This document shows positions 51,334 through 62,108 of a stretch of DNA of 64,000 nt, in pieces. The first letter of the stretch is position 1; the number at the start of each line of letters is the position of its first letter. The position numbers and the translations under genes were made by a program. The DNA is from Candidatus Latescibacterota bacterium (GTDB lineage: Bacteria; Latescibacterota; UBA2968): the NCBI GenBank assembly GCA_965198115.1, contig OZ240241.1:4864001-4928000 (forward strand). The letters are read 5' to 3'. A model generated the notes under the pieces. It did no database searches, was not told the DNA's origin, and was given only the letters and a program-made list of their open reading frames with translations.

Positions 51334-53429
51334 ATGTCCCTGACCGAATTTGGGAAAAGTCCAGACCGTCTCGGACCTGGCCGAGCTCGAGAGGGAGTCC
51401 AAAAAAAGAGCGGAGTATGAACGCGTGGCCTGCGCTCTCTCGAATTTTCCTGGATGGCTGGGTCGTCGGTCTGTCGGAAGGCTATACCCGGCGGGCGAAC
51501 TCGGTGAACCCGCTGTACCCCGGGACGATGGATCTGATCGGAAGGTCACCCAATGCGAAAGGGCCTATATCACTCAAGGACTGCCCACCGTTTTCAAGAT
51601 CACACCGATCGGGGAGCGTGGCGGTCTCGACGCGTTACTGGCGCGTCGGAAATATGAAAAAGTCGCGACAACACGAGTCCAAACGCTTACCTTGAACGGC
51701 GCTTAGGGTTTGCCACGAAATAAGTGCTGCACTTTTCAAGGTAATGATCTTACGCTCGGAGTGTGGACGTCGAAACTCTCCGAACGAAGTATGAAGCCTT
51801 GGCTCCGGTGCTGACGGAACGCACGCGTCGTCTGTGGGCCGCCACGGAAGCCGAAGCGTTGGGTCACGGTGGGATCGCGATTGTGGCTCTGGCGACAGGA
51901 ATGTCCAGAGAGCGGATCTTTCGTGGCATTCAGGAGTTGAGGTCGGACGAACCTTTGGACCCGGCTCGCATCCGGCGTCCAGGCGGCGGTCGTAAGCGGA
52001 AGGCCGACACGGACCCGACGCTGTGGCAGGACCTGAATGATCTGGTCGAGCCAACGACTGCGGGGTCGCCTGACGACAATCCTCTGAGATGGACATCGAA
52101 GAGCACTCGCAAACTGGCCGCCGAGTTGCAAGCGATGGGGCATTCGGTGAGCCCCAGGATCGTTGCCAATCTCCTGCACGAACACGATTACACGCTGCAG
52201 GCGAATCGGAAGACAAGGGAGGGATCTGCACACCCGGATCGGGACGCTCAGTTCGTTTACCTCGATGATCGGATTAGCCAGCAGCAGCAGCAGGGCCTTC
52301 CCGTTATCTCGGTGGACACCAAGAAGAAAGAGTTGATCGGCGACTTCAAGAATCCTGGCCGAGAATGGCGACCCAAGGGAGACCCGGAGCGTGTGAAGGT
52401 ACACGATTTCATAGTGCCTGCTCAGGGCAAGGCGATCCCTTATGGAGTGTATGATCTGAGCCGTGATGAAGGCTGGGTAAGTGTCGGTATCGATCACGAC
52501 ACGGCCAGCTTCGCCGTGAATGCGATCCGAAGTTGGTGGAAGAACATGGGACGGCCCGCCTACGGCACTTCGACGCATCTGCTAATCACGGCGGACGCAG
52601 GCGGCAGCAACGGCGCCAAGACGCGGCTGTGGAAGTGGGAGCTGCAGCGCTTTGCGAATCGCACTGGCCTGACGATCACCGTATGCCACTACCCTCCTGG
52701 CACTAGTAAGTGGAACAAGATCGAACATCGCCTGTTCTCCTTCATCGCTATGAACTGGGCGAGGCAAGCCCCTGGTCAGCCTGGCTGCAACCGTTAATCT
52801 CATTGCCGGAACGACCACTCAAGCCGGTCTCCGAGTACGCTCCGAGATCGACAAGCGACCCTACCCTAACGGGGTCAAGGTGACCGATGAACAGATGACC
52901 CAAATCGATCTCACTCCGCACGATTTCCACGGCGACTGGAACTACACGATCCGGCCAATGGCTCAACATTGAGATCGACCGTTTATTTATTCCGAACCCT
53001 TAGAACGACCCCGGGGATGGCGAAATCCTGGACCGCGTGGGCGAATCGTGGATGGCCGACTATGGTCGCCTCAAGCGGATTGACGGCGCAGAACTGGCCA
53101 AAACGCGAGCTGTGCTGGATCGGATCGGCGTCACGAAACGGTTCGCATCGATTCGGATGGACGGACGGCGTGTGGCGGCCGGTCTGGCAGCGATCGAAGG
53201 CGATCACGTCGGTCTATTCGGGATCGTGACGGATCCGGATTACCGGCGGCGTGGGCTCGGACGCATAGTGACACACGCGTTGATCGAGGCCGGTCGCCGG
53301 TGCAGCGCACGGTTGGCCTACCTGCAGGTCGAAGCGGACAATCCCGCCGCCTTGACTCTTTACGAGTCGATGGGATTCAGGGACGTGTATCCCTACTGGT
53401 ATCGCGTCAAGGATGTTCCCGAGAGCTGA
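51334..53429 (+). pseudogene. GNAT-family acetyltransferase, frameshifted and split by ISAzo13 copy 2
   Basis: N-part MNAWPA..DGW..GYTRRANSV..FKIT; C-part GIVTDPDYRRRGLG..YLQVEADN.A..LY..MGF..Y.YWYR. Confidence 0.78.
51706..52999 (+). mobile_element. ISAzo13-family element copy 2 (transposase 51763-52972 with the same frameshift as copy 1)
   Basis: Same sequence as copy 1; 3-bp TSD TTA at 51703-51705 and 53000-53002. Confidence 0.92.
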
Positions 53430-53442
53430 GGGCGCACAGAAG

Positions 53443-54327
53443 ATGGACCAGATCATCCAGAAGGCGGCGACGCTGATCGAAGCCTTCCCCTACATCCGGT
53501 CGTTCCGGGACAAGATCGTGGTCGTCAAGTACGGCGGGAGCACTCAGCCCGATGAAGGCGGTTCAGACACGATCATGGCCGACCTGGTGTTTATGGAGAC
53601 CGTGGGGATGCGCCCCGTCGTCGTCCACGGGGGCGGCAAGGAGATCAGCCGACGGCTCGAGGAAGAAGGTGTCGAGTCGACCTGGGTCAACGGTCTTCGT
53701 GTGACGGATGAGACGACGATGCGCGTGGTGGAGGAAACCCTGTTCGGTGTCGTCAATCGACGTATTGTCGAGGGTGTTGAGGAGGTCGGTGGGAGCGCTA
53801 GGGGAATGTCGGCCAAGGATGCGGGCATTATGCGTGTGCGTCAGCACTTCGCGAAGGCCGTGGTCGATGGCGAAACCGAACAGGTCGACATCGGCTTCGT
53901 AGGAGATGTCGAAACGATCGATGCCGAGCCGATTCGGCACGCGTGCGAGGAGCTGACGATTCCCGTGATCACGCCGATCGGAATGGGCCCTGACGGGCGA
54001 AGCTACAATGTGAACGCCGATACGGCGGCAGGTGAGATCGCCCGTGCCCTACAAGCGGAGAAGTTGGTGTTTTTGACGGACGTGAACGGGATCTGCAGAG
54101 ACCCGAGCGATGCCGAAACGCGGATTTCTACCCTGCACGTGAACGACATCGATGAGCTTTTGCAAGAGGGGATTATTCAGGGCGGAATGATCCCGAAGGT
54201 TCTTGCCGGAGAGAGCTCGGTCAAAGGCGGTGTGACGAAGACGCACATCATCGATGGACGACTACCGCATTCGCTGCTGCTTGAAATATTCACACGCGAG
54301 GGCATTGGGACACAGATCATACAATAA
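53443..54327 (+). CDS. argB: Acetylglutamate kinase
   Basis: EAFPYI, VVKYGG, VVHGGG, GLRVTD, YNVNAD, GGMIPK. Confidence 0.95.
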   Translation: MDQIIQKAATLIEAFPYIRSFRDKIVVVKYGGSTQPDEGGSDTIMADLVFMETVGMRPVVVHGGGKEISRRLEEEGVESTWVNGLRVTDETTMRVVEETLFGVVNRRIVEGVEEVGGSARGMSAKDAGIMRVRQHFAKAVVDGETEQVDIGFVGDVETIDAEPIRHACEELTIPVITPIGMGPDGRSYNVNADTAAGEIARALQAEKLVFLTDVNGICRDPSDAETRISTLHVNDIDELLQEGIIQGGMIPKVLAGESSVKGGVTKTHIIDGRLPHSLLLEIFTREGIGTQIIQ

Positions 54328-54412
54328 TCGAGGATCGAATATCGAGAATCGGGTCTTTGGCTGGCTGAGGGGCGAGCGCAAAGGAGCCAATATTCGATCC
54401 TCGATTCTCGAT
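54325..54412. repeat. Inverted arrays of 7-mers between argB and argD
   Basis: AATCGAG GATCGAA TATCGAG AATCG ... TATTCGA TCCTCGA TTCTCGA T. Confidence 0.7.
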
Positions 54413-54436
54413 GACCACATCGAAAGGGCTTGGCGA

Positions 54437-55639
54437 ATGACGACGCAGGAGATCATTGACCTAGAACAGAAGTACATCCTACAAACGTATGGTCGGCCGG
54501 AGTTCGTGTTCGAGAAAGGTGACGGAGTTCATCTTTTCGACACCGAGGGCAACAAGTATCTCGATTTCGTGAGTGGGTTGTCGGTGAATGCGCTTGGCTA
54601 CGGGAACAAGCTGATCAGCGACGCAGCGGCCGCGCAGACGGAGAAGCTGATTCACGTTTCAAACCTGTATCATACGATTCCCGCGCCACAGCTCGCGCAG
54701 CTTCTGTGCGAGGCGTCCTTCGCCGATCGCATCTTCTTCTGCAACAGCGGGACGGAGTCGTGGGAGGCGGCGTTGAAGTTCGCGCGGAAGTGGGCCTTCA
54801 AGACATTTTCCGACAATCCAAAGCACAAGTTTGTCGCGATGAACCAATCGTTCCACGGCCGGACTTATGGTTCGATCTCATCGACGGGTCAGCCGAAGTA
54901 TCATCAGGGGTTCGAGCCGATGTTGCCGGGGATTTCGTTCGCCGATCTGAACGACCTGGAATCTGTCGAGAAGCTGGTCGATGCAGAAACAGCAGCCGTG
55001 CTGGTCGAGCCGCTGCAGGCAGAAGGCGGGATCAACGCGTCCGACCCCGAGTTCCTAAAAGGGCTCCGAGCGCTGTGCGACGAGATGGGGATGTTGCTCG
55101 TGTTCGACGAGATCCAGTGCGGGCTTTGCCGGACGGGTACGCTGTGGTGTTACGAACAGTATGGAGTCACACCGGATATCATGACCCTCGCCAAGCCGTT
55201 GGCAGGGGGCTTCCCGATCGGGGCGACGATGATGACGCAGAAGGTTGCCGATGCTGTCGATCCGGGCGATCACGCGGCGACGTTCGGTGCCCACCCGGTT
55301 TCCTGCGCGATCGCGATCGAGGTGTTCAAGACGCTCTCGGATCCGAGTTTCATCGCGCGGGTCAAGGAGAGCGGTGATTATCTGAGGTCGCAACTGGAGG
55401 CGGTCAAGGCCAGGCACGAGGACAAGATGACAGAGATTCGTGGCCGTGGGCTGATCGTGGGTGCAGTATTGAGCGATATCGGCGCCGCCGACGCGATGAA
55501 TGCCATCCGGGAGGAGACGGGTGTGGTCGTCTGTGTGGCCGGCCCCGACGTCGTGCGTTTTCTGCCTCCTCTGGTCGTCGAAAAGTCGCACATCGATGAA
55601 GCAGTCGGCGCGTTCGGCGACTTCCTCGACAAGGCGTAG
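54437..55639 (+). CDS. argD: Acetylornithine aminotransferase
   Basis: HVSNLY, FCNSGTE, SFHGRT, EPLQAEGG, DEIQCG, TLAKPLAGG; operon context. Confidence 0.92.
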   Translation: MTTQEIIDLEQKYILQTYGRPEFVFEKGDGVHLFDTEGNKYLDFVSGLSVNALGYGNKLISDAAAAQTEKLIHVSNLYHTIPAPQLAQLLCEASFADRIFFCNSGTESWEAALKFARKWAFKTFSDNPKHKFVAMNQSFHGRTYGSISSTGQPKYHQGFEPMLPGISFADLNDLESVEKLVDAETAAVLVEPLQAEGGINASDPEFLKGLRALCDEMGMLLVFDEIQCGLCRTGTLWCYEQYGVTPDIMTLAKPLAGGFPIGATMMTQKVADAVDPGDHAATFGAHPVSCAIAIEVFKTLSDPSFIARVKESGDYLRSQLEAVKARHEDKMTEIRGRGLIVGAVLSDIGAADAMNAIREETGVVVCVAGPDVVRFLPPLVVEKSHIDEAVGAFGDFLDKA

Positions 55640-55643
55640 GGCA

Positions 55644-56906
55644 ATGACTGTTTCGGAGCTCAAGGGAAAGACGATCGCGCTCGCTGCGTCGGGTGGTTTG
55701 GACAGCTGCACAGTGACGCGCTGGCTCGTCGACAACGATGTGACGGTCGTGAGCCTGACCGGCGACATCGGGCAGCCGGACGAGACGGACATCGAAGATG
55801 TCCGAACACGGATGCTAGCGTCGGGGGCGTCCGATGCCGTGTTGATCGACCTCAAGCAGGAGCTGGCGGAGACGGCGGTGATGATGCTCCAGGCCAACGC
55901 CCGGTATGAGGGAGGCTACTGGAACACGACGGGGATTGCACGGCACGTGACGACACACGGGCTCGTCCGGGAAATGAAGGCACGAGGGATCGACGTCCTT
56001 GCCCACGGGGCGACTGGCCGTGGGAACGACCAGGTCCGGTTCCAGCTGGTTGCAAATATGCTCGATCCCCAGGTGACGGTCTACGCGCCGTGGCGGGACG
56101 AGGCCTTTCTGGAGCACTTCGGGGGACGACGCGAGATGATCGCGTATTGCCAGGCGCGCGGGATTCCGATTACGGCGACTCAGGACAAGCCCTATTCGAC
56201 CGACGCCAACTTGCTCGGACTGACGCACGAGGCCGGGAAGCTCGAGTCCCTGGAAGTGGCGGCCGACTTCATCGAGCCGGGAATGGGAGTTTTTCCCGCG
56301 AAAGCACCGGACCGTGCAGAGTCATTTCGCGTGAGGCTGGAACAAGGTTGGCCGGTTGAGATCAACGACGAGCGTGTGGAGGCGCTGGACGCTCTCTTGA
56401 AGGCCAATGAGAGCGGAGGCCGAAACGGGATCGGCATCGGGATCCACACCGTCGAGAACCGGTTCGTGGGAATCAAATCGAGAGGCGTCTACGAGAGCCC
56501 GGGACTGAGTTTGCTCGGGGTCTGTTACGAATTTCTGCTTCAACAGATCGTGGATCGCAGGGCGAGAAGGTTTTACGAAACCGTGTCGCAGGCGATTGCC
56601 GAACAGATCTACCAGGGATATTTCTACGACCTGGGGTCTCAGATGATGCGGTCTGCACTGGCCCCCGTTTCTGCCCTGCTGACCGGCACCGTGACGGTGG
56701 CGCTCTACAAGGGGACGGTGACGTTCCAGTCGTCGAACGATGTGCCCCACTCCCTCTACTCGGAAGAGACCGCTTCGATGGAAGCGGTCGGGGATTACGA
56801 TCATCGGGATTCCGAAGGGTTCCTGAATGTCCTGAGTGTGGGGGCGAAGGCGGATCACTCGGCTGGACAGATCGAGCGATCGTTGCTGGAGAGATTGGAC
56901 AGTTGA
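55644..56906 (+). CDS. argG: Argininosuccinate synthase
   Basis: SGGLDS, HGATGRGNDQVRF, YSTDANL, ENRFVGIKSRGVYE. Confidence 0.95.
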   Translation: MTVSELKGKTIALAASGGLDSCTVTRWLVDNDVTVVSLTGDIGQPDETDIEDVRTRMLASGASDAVLIDLKQELAETAVMMLQANARYEGGYWNTTGIARHVTTHGLVREMKARGIDVLAHGATGRGNDQVRFQLVANMLDPQVTVYAPWRDEAFLEHFGGRREMIAYCQARGIPITATQDKPYSTDANLLGLTHEAGKLESLEVAADFIEPGMGVFPAKAPDRAESFRVRLEQGWPVEINDERVEALDALLKANESGGRNGIGIGIHTVENRFVGIKSRGVYESPGLSLLGVCYEFLLQQIVDRRARRFYETVSQAIAEQIYQGYFYDLGSQMMRSALAPVSALLTGTVTVALYKGTVTFQSSNDVPHSLYSEETASMEAVGDYDHRDSEGFLNVLSVGAKADHSAGQIERSLLERLDS

Positions 56907-57121
56907 TCCTCCTCGCGACTCTGTCGCTCGGGACCGTGGACGGTCGGCCCTTCGCTACGCCTGCTGCGCAGGCTACTCAGGATGGGCGGTAGGCGGATGT
57001 GATGGCTTCGCCTTTTTGCAGAGCGGACACGGATGACAGAGTAGATAGACGTGGAGTTTCGGTTCGGCGTTGATCGATCTGTGGTTCTTCGTTCTCGATA
57101 CTCGATTTCAACGGTGAGGAA

Positions 57122-58516
57122 GTGACCGACAAAAGGGACAAGCCCTGGTCGGGGCGGTTCGAAAAGACGACCGAAAAGCTGATGGAGCGGTTCAACGCTT
57201 CGATCGGGTTCGATCGACGGCTCTACCGTGTCGACATCGAGGGTAGCCGTGTCCAGGCCCGGGCGTTGGCCGCGATCGACCATCTGACCGAGGATGAGAT
57301 GACACAGATTCTCTCGGGGCTGGATCGTGTGGAGAAGGAGATCGAGCGAGACGAATTCCCGCTGACGGACGATCTGGAAGACATCCATATGGCGGTCGAA
57401 AAACGATTGATAGAACTCATCGGTCCCGTCGGGGGTAAGATCCATTCAGGGCGAAGCCGCAACGATCAGGTGGCGCTGGACGAACGACTTTACCTCCGGG
57501 AGGCGGTTGAGGGGACGGTCGAACGGTTGGAAGCTCTACAGGCGGCGGTGGTCGCGACGGCCGAACAGCATCTGGACACGATCTTGCCGGGCTATACGCA
57601 CGTTCAGCAGGCTCAGCCGATTCGGTTGGCTCACTGGGCGTTGGCGCTGTTCTGGATGCTGGATCGGGATCGAGGGCGATTCGAGGATGGCTGGGCGCGT
57701 GCCGATGAGAGCCCCCTCGGGTCGGGTGCTCTGGCGGGGTCGGCCTATCCCGTCGACCGCGAACAGATGGCGCTGGACTTGGGGTTCGCCGGTGTGACTG
57801 AGAACAGTATTGACGCCGTGAGCGATCGGGATGCGCTGCTCGAGTTTTTGTCGGCGTCGGCGATCACGATGATGCACTTGAGCCGGTTTTGTGAAGATCT
57901 GATTCTATGGAGTAGTTCCGAGTTCGGGTTCGTCGAGCTGGACGATGCCTACTCGACCGGATCCAGTATGATGCCGCAAAAGAAGAACCCCGATTCCCTG
58001 GAGCTCGTTCGCGGGAAGACAGGCCGTGTCTACGGAAACTTGACCGCGCTGCTGACGGTGATGAAGGGTGTGCCGTTGACCTATTCGAAGGATATGCAGG
58101 AAGACAAAGAGCCTTTATTCGACAGTGTCGACACGCTGTGGATGTCACTCGAAGTTTTCACAGGGGCGTGGTCGACGCTGCGGGTCAACGTCGATCGAAT
58201 GGGGTCGGGTATGGATGGCGCCATTCTGGCCACGGATCTGGCCGACTATCTCTCGCACAAGGGTCTGCCGTTCCGGGATTGCCACCACATTGTGGGGCAA
58301 CTCTCTCGGAAGGCGCTCGACCAGGGCAAGCGACTCGACGACCTGACGCTCGAGGCCTTGCGTGCCGAATCGGCTCTGTTTGAGGAGGACGTATTCGATG
58401 TGCTGTCGCCCGAGCGGAGCACGAATGCGCGAACGGTGTCCGGTGGGACCGGCAGAGCGGCGCTGTCAAAACAGATCGAGGCGGCTCGTCGCCGTATGGA
58501 TGAATCGGGGTCATAG
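57122..58516 (+). CDS. argH: Argininosuccinate lyase
   Basis: WSGRF, GRSRNDQV, PGYTH, STGSSMMPQKKNPD, DMQEDKE. Confidence 0.97.
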   Translation: MTDKRDKPWSGRFEKTTEKLMERFNASIGFDRRLYRVDIEGSRVQARALAAIDHLTEDEMTQILSGLDRVEKEIERDEFPLTDDLEDIHMAVEKRLIELIGPVGGKIHSGRSRNDQVALDERLYLREAVEGTVERLEALQAAVVATAEQHLDTILPGYTHVQQAQPIRLAHWALALFWMLDRDRGRFEDGWARADESPLGSGALAGSAYPVDREQMALDLGFAGVTENSIDAVSDRDALLEFLSASAITMMHLSRFCEDLILWSSSEFGFVELDDAYSTGSSMMPQKKNPDSLELVRGKTGRVYGNLTALLTVMKGVPLTYSKDMQEDKEPLFDSVDTLWMSLEVFTGAWSTLRVNVDRMGSGMDGAILATDLADYLSHKGLPFRDCHHIVGQLSRKALDQGKRLDDLTLEALRAESALFEEDVFDVLSPERSTNARTVSGGTGRAALSKQIEAARRRMDESGS

Positions 58517-58528
58517 GGGTCGTTCTGT

Positions 58529-59152
58529 ATGAGGTGGTTCCGCGAACGGGATGTTCGCCGACAGTACGACCTGTTGCAGCATACAGAAGAGCGTGGCGTC
58601 ACCGCGCTGCTGGCTTCCGATCGTGACCAGGTGATCGGTCTGGGTCTGTTCGACAACGAAGACGATTTCGTGTCGGAGTGTGCCCGATACAACCGAAACG
58701 GTATGCTCTACGTGGGTGTCAATCCGCGCAGGACGAGCCTACTCGACGACTACGGAGGATTGCGGAACAGGGTTCGGACCTTGATTTCGGATGTCTGCGT
58801 GACGGACGATGTAAACTTCGTGACGGGGCTGGCCGTTCCGTCGTCAACCGTCCTGTCCGACGAGATGACCGCGTTCGCGAACGATGCCTCGGTTCTGAAC
58901 GATGGGCACACCTTTTTTGCGCTGGACGAAGCCCTGAAGGTCGAGGAAGATGCTGAATCGCTCGAGCATCGGGTGAAACAGCGGATTACGGGGTTTCCAA
59001 CGGGCTGGTCCTACCGGCTGCTTCAATACATCCCCGTGGTGGGCACCGCCCGAGCCGAGCCGGGTCTGTTCAAACGGAGGTTCCGATTCCGTCGCTTCCG
59101 ACCCTACTTCATCGACGGACTGTGCGGCCACCTGGGCGGAACCACAGGTTGA
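58529..59152 (+). CDS. Hypothetical protein
   Basis: 207-aa ORF immediately after argH; contains YVGVNPR. Confidence 0.6.
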   Translation: MRWFRERDVRRQYDLLQHTEERGVTALLASDRDQVIGLGLFDNEDDFVSECARYNRNGMLYVGVNPRRTSLLDDYGGLRNRVRTLISDVCVTDDVNFVTGLAVPSSTVLSDEMTAFANDASVLNDGHTFFALDEALKVEEDAESLEHRVKQRITGFPTGWSYRLLQYIPVVGTARAEPGLFKRRFRFRRFRPYFIDGLCGHLGGTTG

Positions 59153-59227
59153 GCGAGTTTATTGAAACTGGGCAAGATGCAAGGCGTCTGCCAAAGAGCA
59201 GCGCACAACGAGCCCAGGAATGATCCT

Positions 59228-60265
59228 ATGAACAGACTCTACAGAATCATATCGGCCTCCCTTTCTGCCGCAATGCTGTTGACGACGATTTTGCCGTCGG
59301 CCGTTTCTGCCCAGTACGAACGTCGAGATCGGGGCGAAGAAGATCGAGGATTCGACGAGATGGAAGGCGCGATCGACCGAGCGGTCGTCGAACGCGAGGA
59401 GGGCGGCTGGTCGATCGTCGACACTCGAACGGTAACGGGTCGAGTGGTGGTTTTGAGCCCTGTCGTCGGTCGGGAGATCGACCTCGACGAGGGTGTCCGC
59501 TTCTCGATGTTTCAGGGTCCATCGGAGTTCAATCGGTTGGCCGGCGTTCGCTTTCTGGCGACTTCGGTACCGGGGTTCCGGAACGCGGTGTTCATGACCC
59601 GCGGGGAGGGCCGATACGGCGTTCGTATCGAATTCGAGTCGGGGGGCGAGGTGCGACACCGTGTTGTTCGGGTGCCCGAAGACGACCTGCGTAAAGCGCG
59701 TGAGTACGTCGAGAACTTCATCGACATCCGGCGACGGAACTACAAGATCGAGAAGCGATCGAAGATTGAGGACGACGAAGAATACCCAAAGGTCACGGAG
59801 GAGGAGATCTCGTTCGAGACTTCTTTCCCACGGTTCGTTCTGGCGCGACGCATCGATGGCGGTCTCGTCCTGCGAGACGGGCGGGAGCTCGATGGGGAGC
59901 TGGTTCCGGCGTTCGACGACGGTCAGATTGTGCTCCAGCAGGGGTTCGACACGCTACGGATCCCGGTCGAGAACATCGAGAGCATCCGCACATCGGGGAG
60001 CAAGAGCTCGACCGCCGCACGCCGCGCCGTGCGGTCAGGCATTGGGGGTGCCTTTACCGGGGCACTGATCGGCGCCCTGATCTCCTGGCAGGGGGGCGGG
60101 GATATCGGGTCGAACGTACTTCTGGGGACGACGATTTTCGGGATCGCTGGTCTCATTACGGGTTTCGTCACGGGGGCGGGACAGGGAAGGAGCGCGCGAG
60201 TGATTCCGCTCGATCCGCCCGAAAGAAAGGGTGGTTCCAACCGCCAAGACGAGGACGACAGATGA
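59228..60265 (+). CDS. Hypothetical secreted/membrane protein with C-terminal glycine-zipper helices
   Basis: Signal peptide; C-terminal GIGGAFTGALIGA..GLITGFVTGAG. Confidence 0.6.
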   Translation: MNRLYRIISASLSAAMLLTTILPSAVSAQYERRDRGEEDRGFDEMEGAIDRAVVEREEGGWSIVDTRTVTGRVVVLSPVVGREIDLDEGVRFSMFQGPSEFNRLAGVRFLATSVPGFRNAVFMTRGEGRYGVRIEFESGGEVRHRVVRVPEDDLRKAREYVENFIDIRRRNYKIEKRSKIEDDEEYPKVTEEEISFETSFPRFVLARRIDGGLVLRDGRELDGELVPAFDDGQIVLQQGFDTLRIPVENIESIRTSGSKSSTAARRAVRSGIGGAFTGALIGALISWQGGGDIGSNVLLGTTIFGIAGLITGFVTGAGQGRSARVIPLDPPERKGGSNRQDEDDR

Positions 60266-61491
60266 TCGACCGTCGCGTGATGATCCACGCCGCCCACCTG
60301 GTGCTTCAGGTGGGCGGTCTGTTTTTTGGGATCCTCTCCTCGGGCGTCGCCTGGTCGAAGACGAATCTGCACACGGCTGCGTCGGAGGGTCGGTTGAGCC
60401 AGGTCGTGGAGGCGATTGCCGGCGGCGGTGACCTTGACGAGCGGGATTTGAAGGGACGGACCGCGATCTGGCACGCCGCGTCTGCGGGAAGGATCGAGGT
60501 GCTGTCGTTCCTGGCTGAGGCGGGTGCTCAACTCGATCCCGTGGATCGATTCGGTGTGTCTCCGTTGACCGTGGCGATCCGGCGGGGACACGTGGTTGCG
60601 GTCAGGGTCTTGCTGGAAGCCGGGACGTCACCCAATCCGACACGAGCGGACCGTTTCACCCCGTTGCACATGGCGGTCGAACAGGATAACGCCGAAATCG
60701 TGGACCTTCTGCTGTCCGCTGGTGCAGACCCGCTCGTTCAGCGGACCACGGGCGATCCGACGACGGACCTGACGCGGAATACGATGATTCGACTGAGGCT
60801 CCGGGGCATGCTGTTGGGGCGCATCGCCTTCCTGAAGCCGGAGCGTGGTCTGTCGCCCTTGCCGTTTTCCATCGGGTTTCCAGCGGCGGATGCCGTGTTC
60901 GCGGTCGTTCGAATCTCTGGCCTCATTGTGTTCGAGCGGGAGGTGAAAGGTCCGTTCGTTCCGCCCACGTTCTCGCTTCAGTGGGATGGAAAGACGGAAA
61001 ACGGGACGTCGGTCGAGTCCGGGCGGTATTCGTTTCGACTGAGGTTCGCCGATGGGTCGGTGTCAGAACTCGCACGGCGGGTCGTTCGGGCCGAGGATGT
61101 TTCATTGTTCGAAGCCGCCGCGTTCGGCGATCGGGATCTGATGGCGGCGGTCCTCGGTCGTGGTGAGGGAGTGGATGGTGCGGGTGCCTATGGTCGGACG
61201 CCTCTCATGCTGGCCGCAGCGTTCGCCAATGTCGAAACCGCCCGGGTTCTGATCGAGTCGGGCGCGTCTCCGTTCAAACTCGATTCGGAAAAGCGAACCG
61301 CACTCGACTACGCCAGAATCTACAGCCCCACGCACGACATCGTTCCGTTGCTTCAGTCCTACCAGGATGAAGATGACGATCGACTGAGTTCGGCGGCGCG
61401 GGCCCCGAAACCAAAACAGCCACGGAGTTCACTGAGATCACTGAGGGATCTCGGGCGAGCAGGTTGCGAGCAGAAGAACGGTCGCGGCTGA
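60262..61491 (+). CDS. Ankyrin-repeat protein with an internal FlgD-Ig-like domain
   Basis: GRTAIWHAA, GVSPLTVA, TPLHMAV, GRTPLMLAA; WDGKTENGTSVESGRYSFRL. Confidence 0.8.
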   Translation: MIDRRVMIHAAHLVLQVGGLFFGILSSGVAWSKTNLHTAASEGRLSQVVEAIAGGGDLDERDLKGRTAIWHAASAGRIEVLSFLAEAGAQLDPVDRFGVSPLTVAIRRGHVVAVRVLLEAGTSPNPTRADRFTPLHMAVEQDNAEIVDLLLSAGADPLVQRTTGDPTTDLTRNTMIRLRLRGMLLGRIAFLKPERGLSPLPFSIGFPAADAVFAVVRISGLIVFEREVKGPFVPPTFSLQWDGKTENGTSVESGRYSFRLRFADGSVSELARRVVRAEDVSLFEAAAFGDRDLMAAVLGRGEGVDGAGAYGRTPLMLAAAFANVETARVLIESGASPFKLDSEKRTALDYARIYSPTHDIVPLLQSYQDEDDDRLSSAARAPKPKQPRSSLRSLRDLGRAGCEQKNGRG

Positions 61492-61596
61492 TCCAGGGTG
61501 AAATCCGTTCCCCTGGGGGCTCCTGGCTTCTATCTTCCTTGCGATCGAAGAGGTTGCGGTAGTCCGTCGGTGCGCGACTGAATGTCAGGAGGTTCC

Positions 61597-62105
61597 GTGA
61601 AGGTCTTGAGTTTTGGTGGAAAGACACCGGCGATCGATGCGTCGGCATTCGTCGCTGACGGGGCGGTGATCATCGGTGATGTGTCGCTCTGCGAAATCCA
61701 GCGTCTGGTTCAACGCCGTGTTGCGCGGCGACAACGAGCCGATCGTGATCGGTGCGCACTCGAATTTCCAGGACGGTGCCGTGTGTCACACCGATCCGGG
61801 ATTCCCGTGTTCCGTCGGCGAGTGGAGCACGATCGGGCACAATGCCATCCTGCACGGCTGCCGGGTAGGTAACGGTGTGGTCATCGGGATGGGCGCTGTT
61901 GAACGGGGCTGTGGTGGGAGACGGCGCCCTGGTGGCTGCGAACGCGCTGGTGCTGGAAGGATTCGAGGTGCCGCCAAGAGCACTCGTCGCAGGCGTGCCC
62001 GCCAAGGTACGACGTGAAATGACGGTGGAAGACGCCGCTCGGCTTAGGAGAGGGGCCGAGAGCTATGTTCGCCGGAGCCGGGCCTTCCTCGATGAGGGAC
62101 GTTAG
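61597..62105 (+). CDS. Gamma-carbonic anhydrase family (YrdA/CaiE-like) protein with two apparent frameshifts
   Basis: [16 protein letters not shown] / [29 protein letters not shown] / [17 protein letters not shown] in three successive frames. Confidence 0.8.
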
Positions 62106-62108
62106 TTC

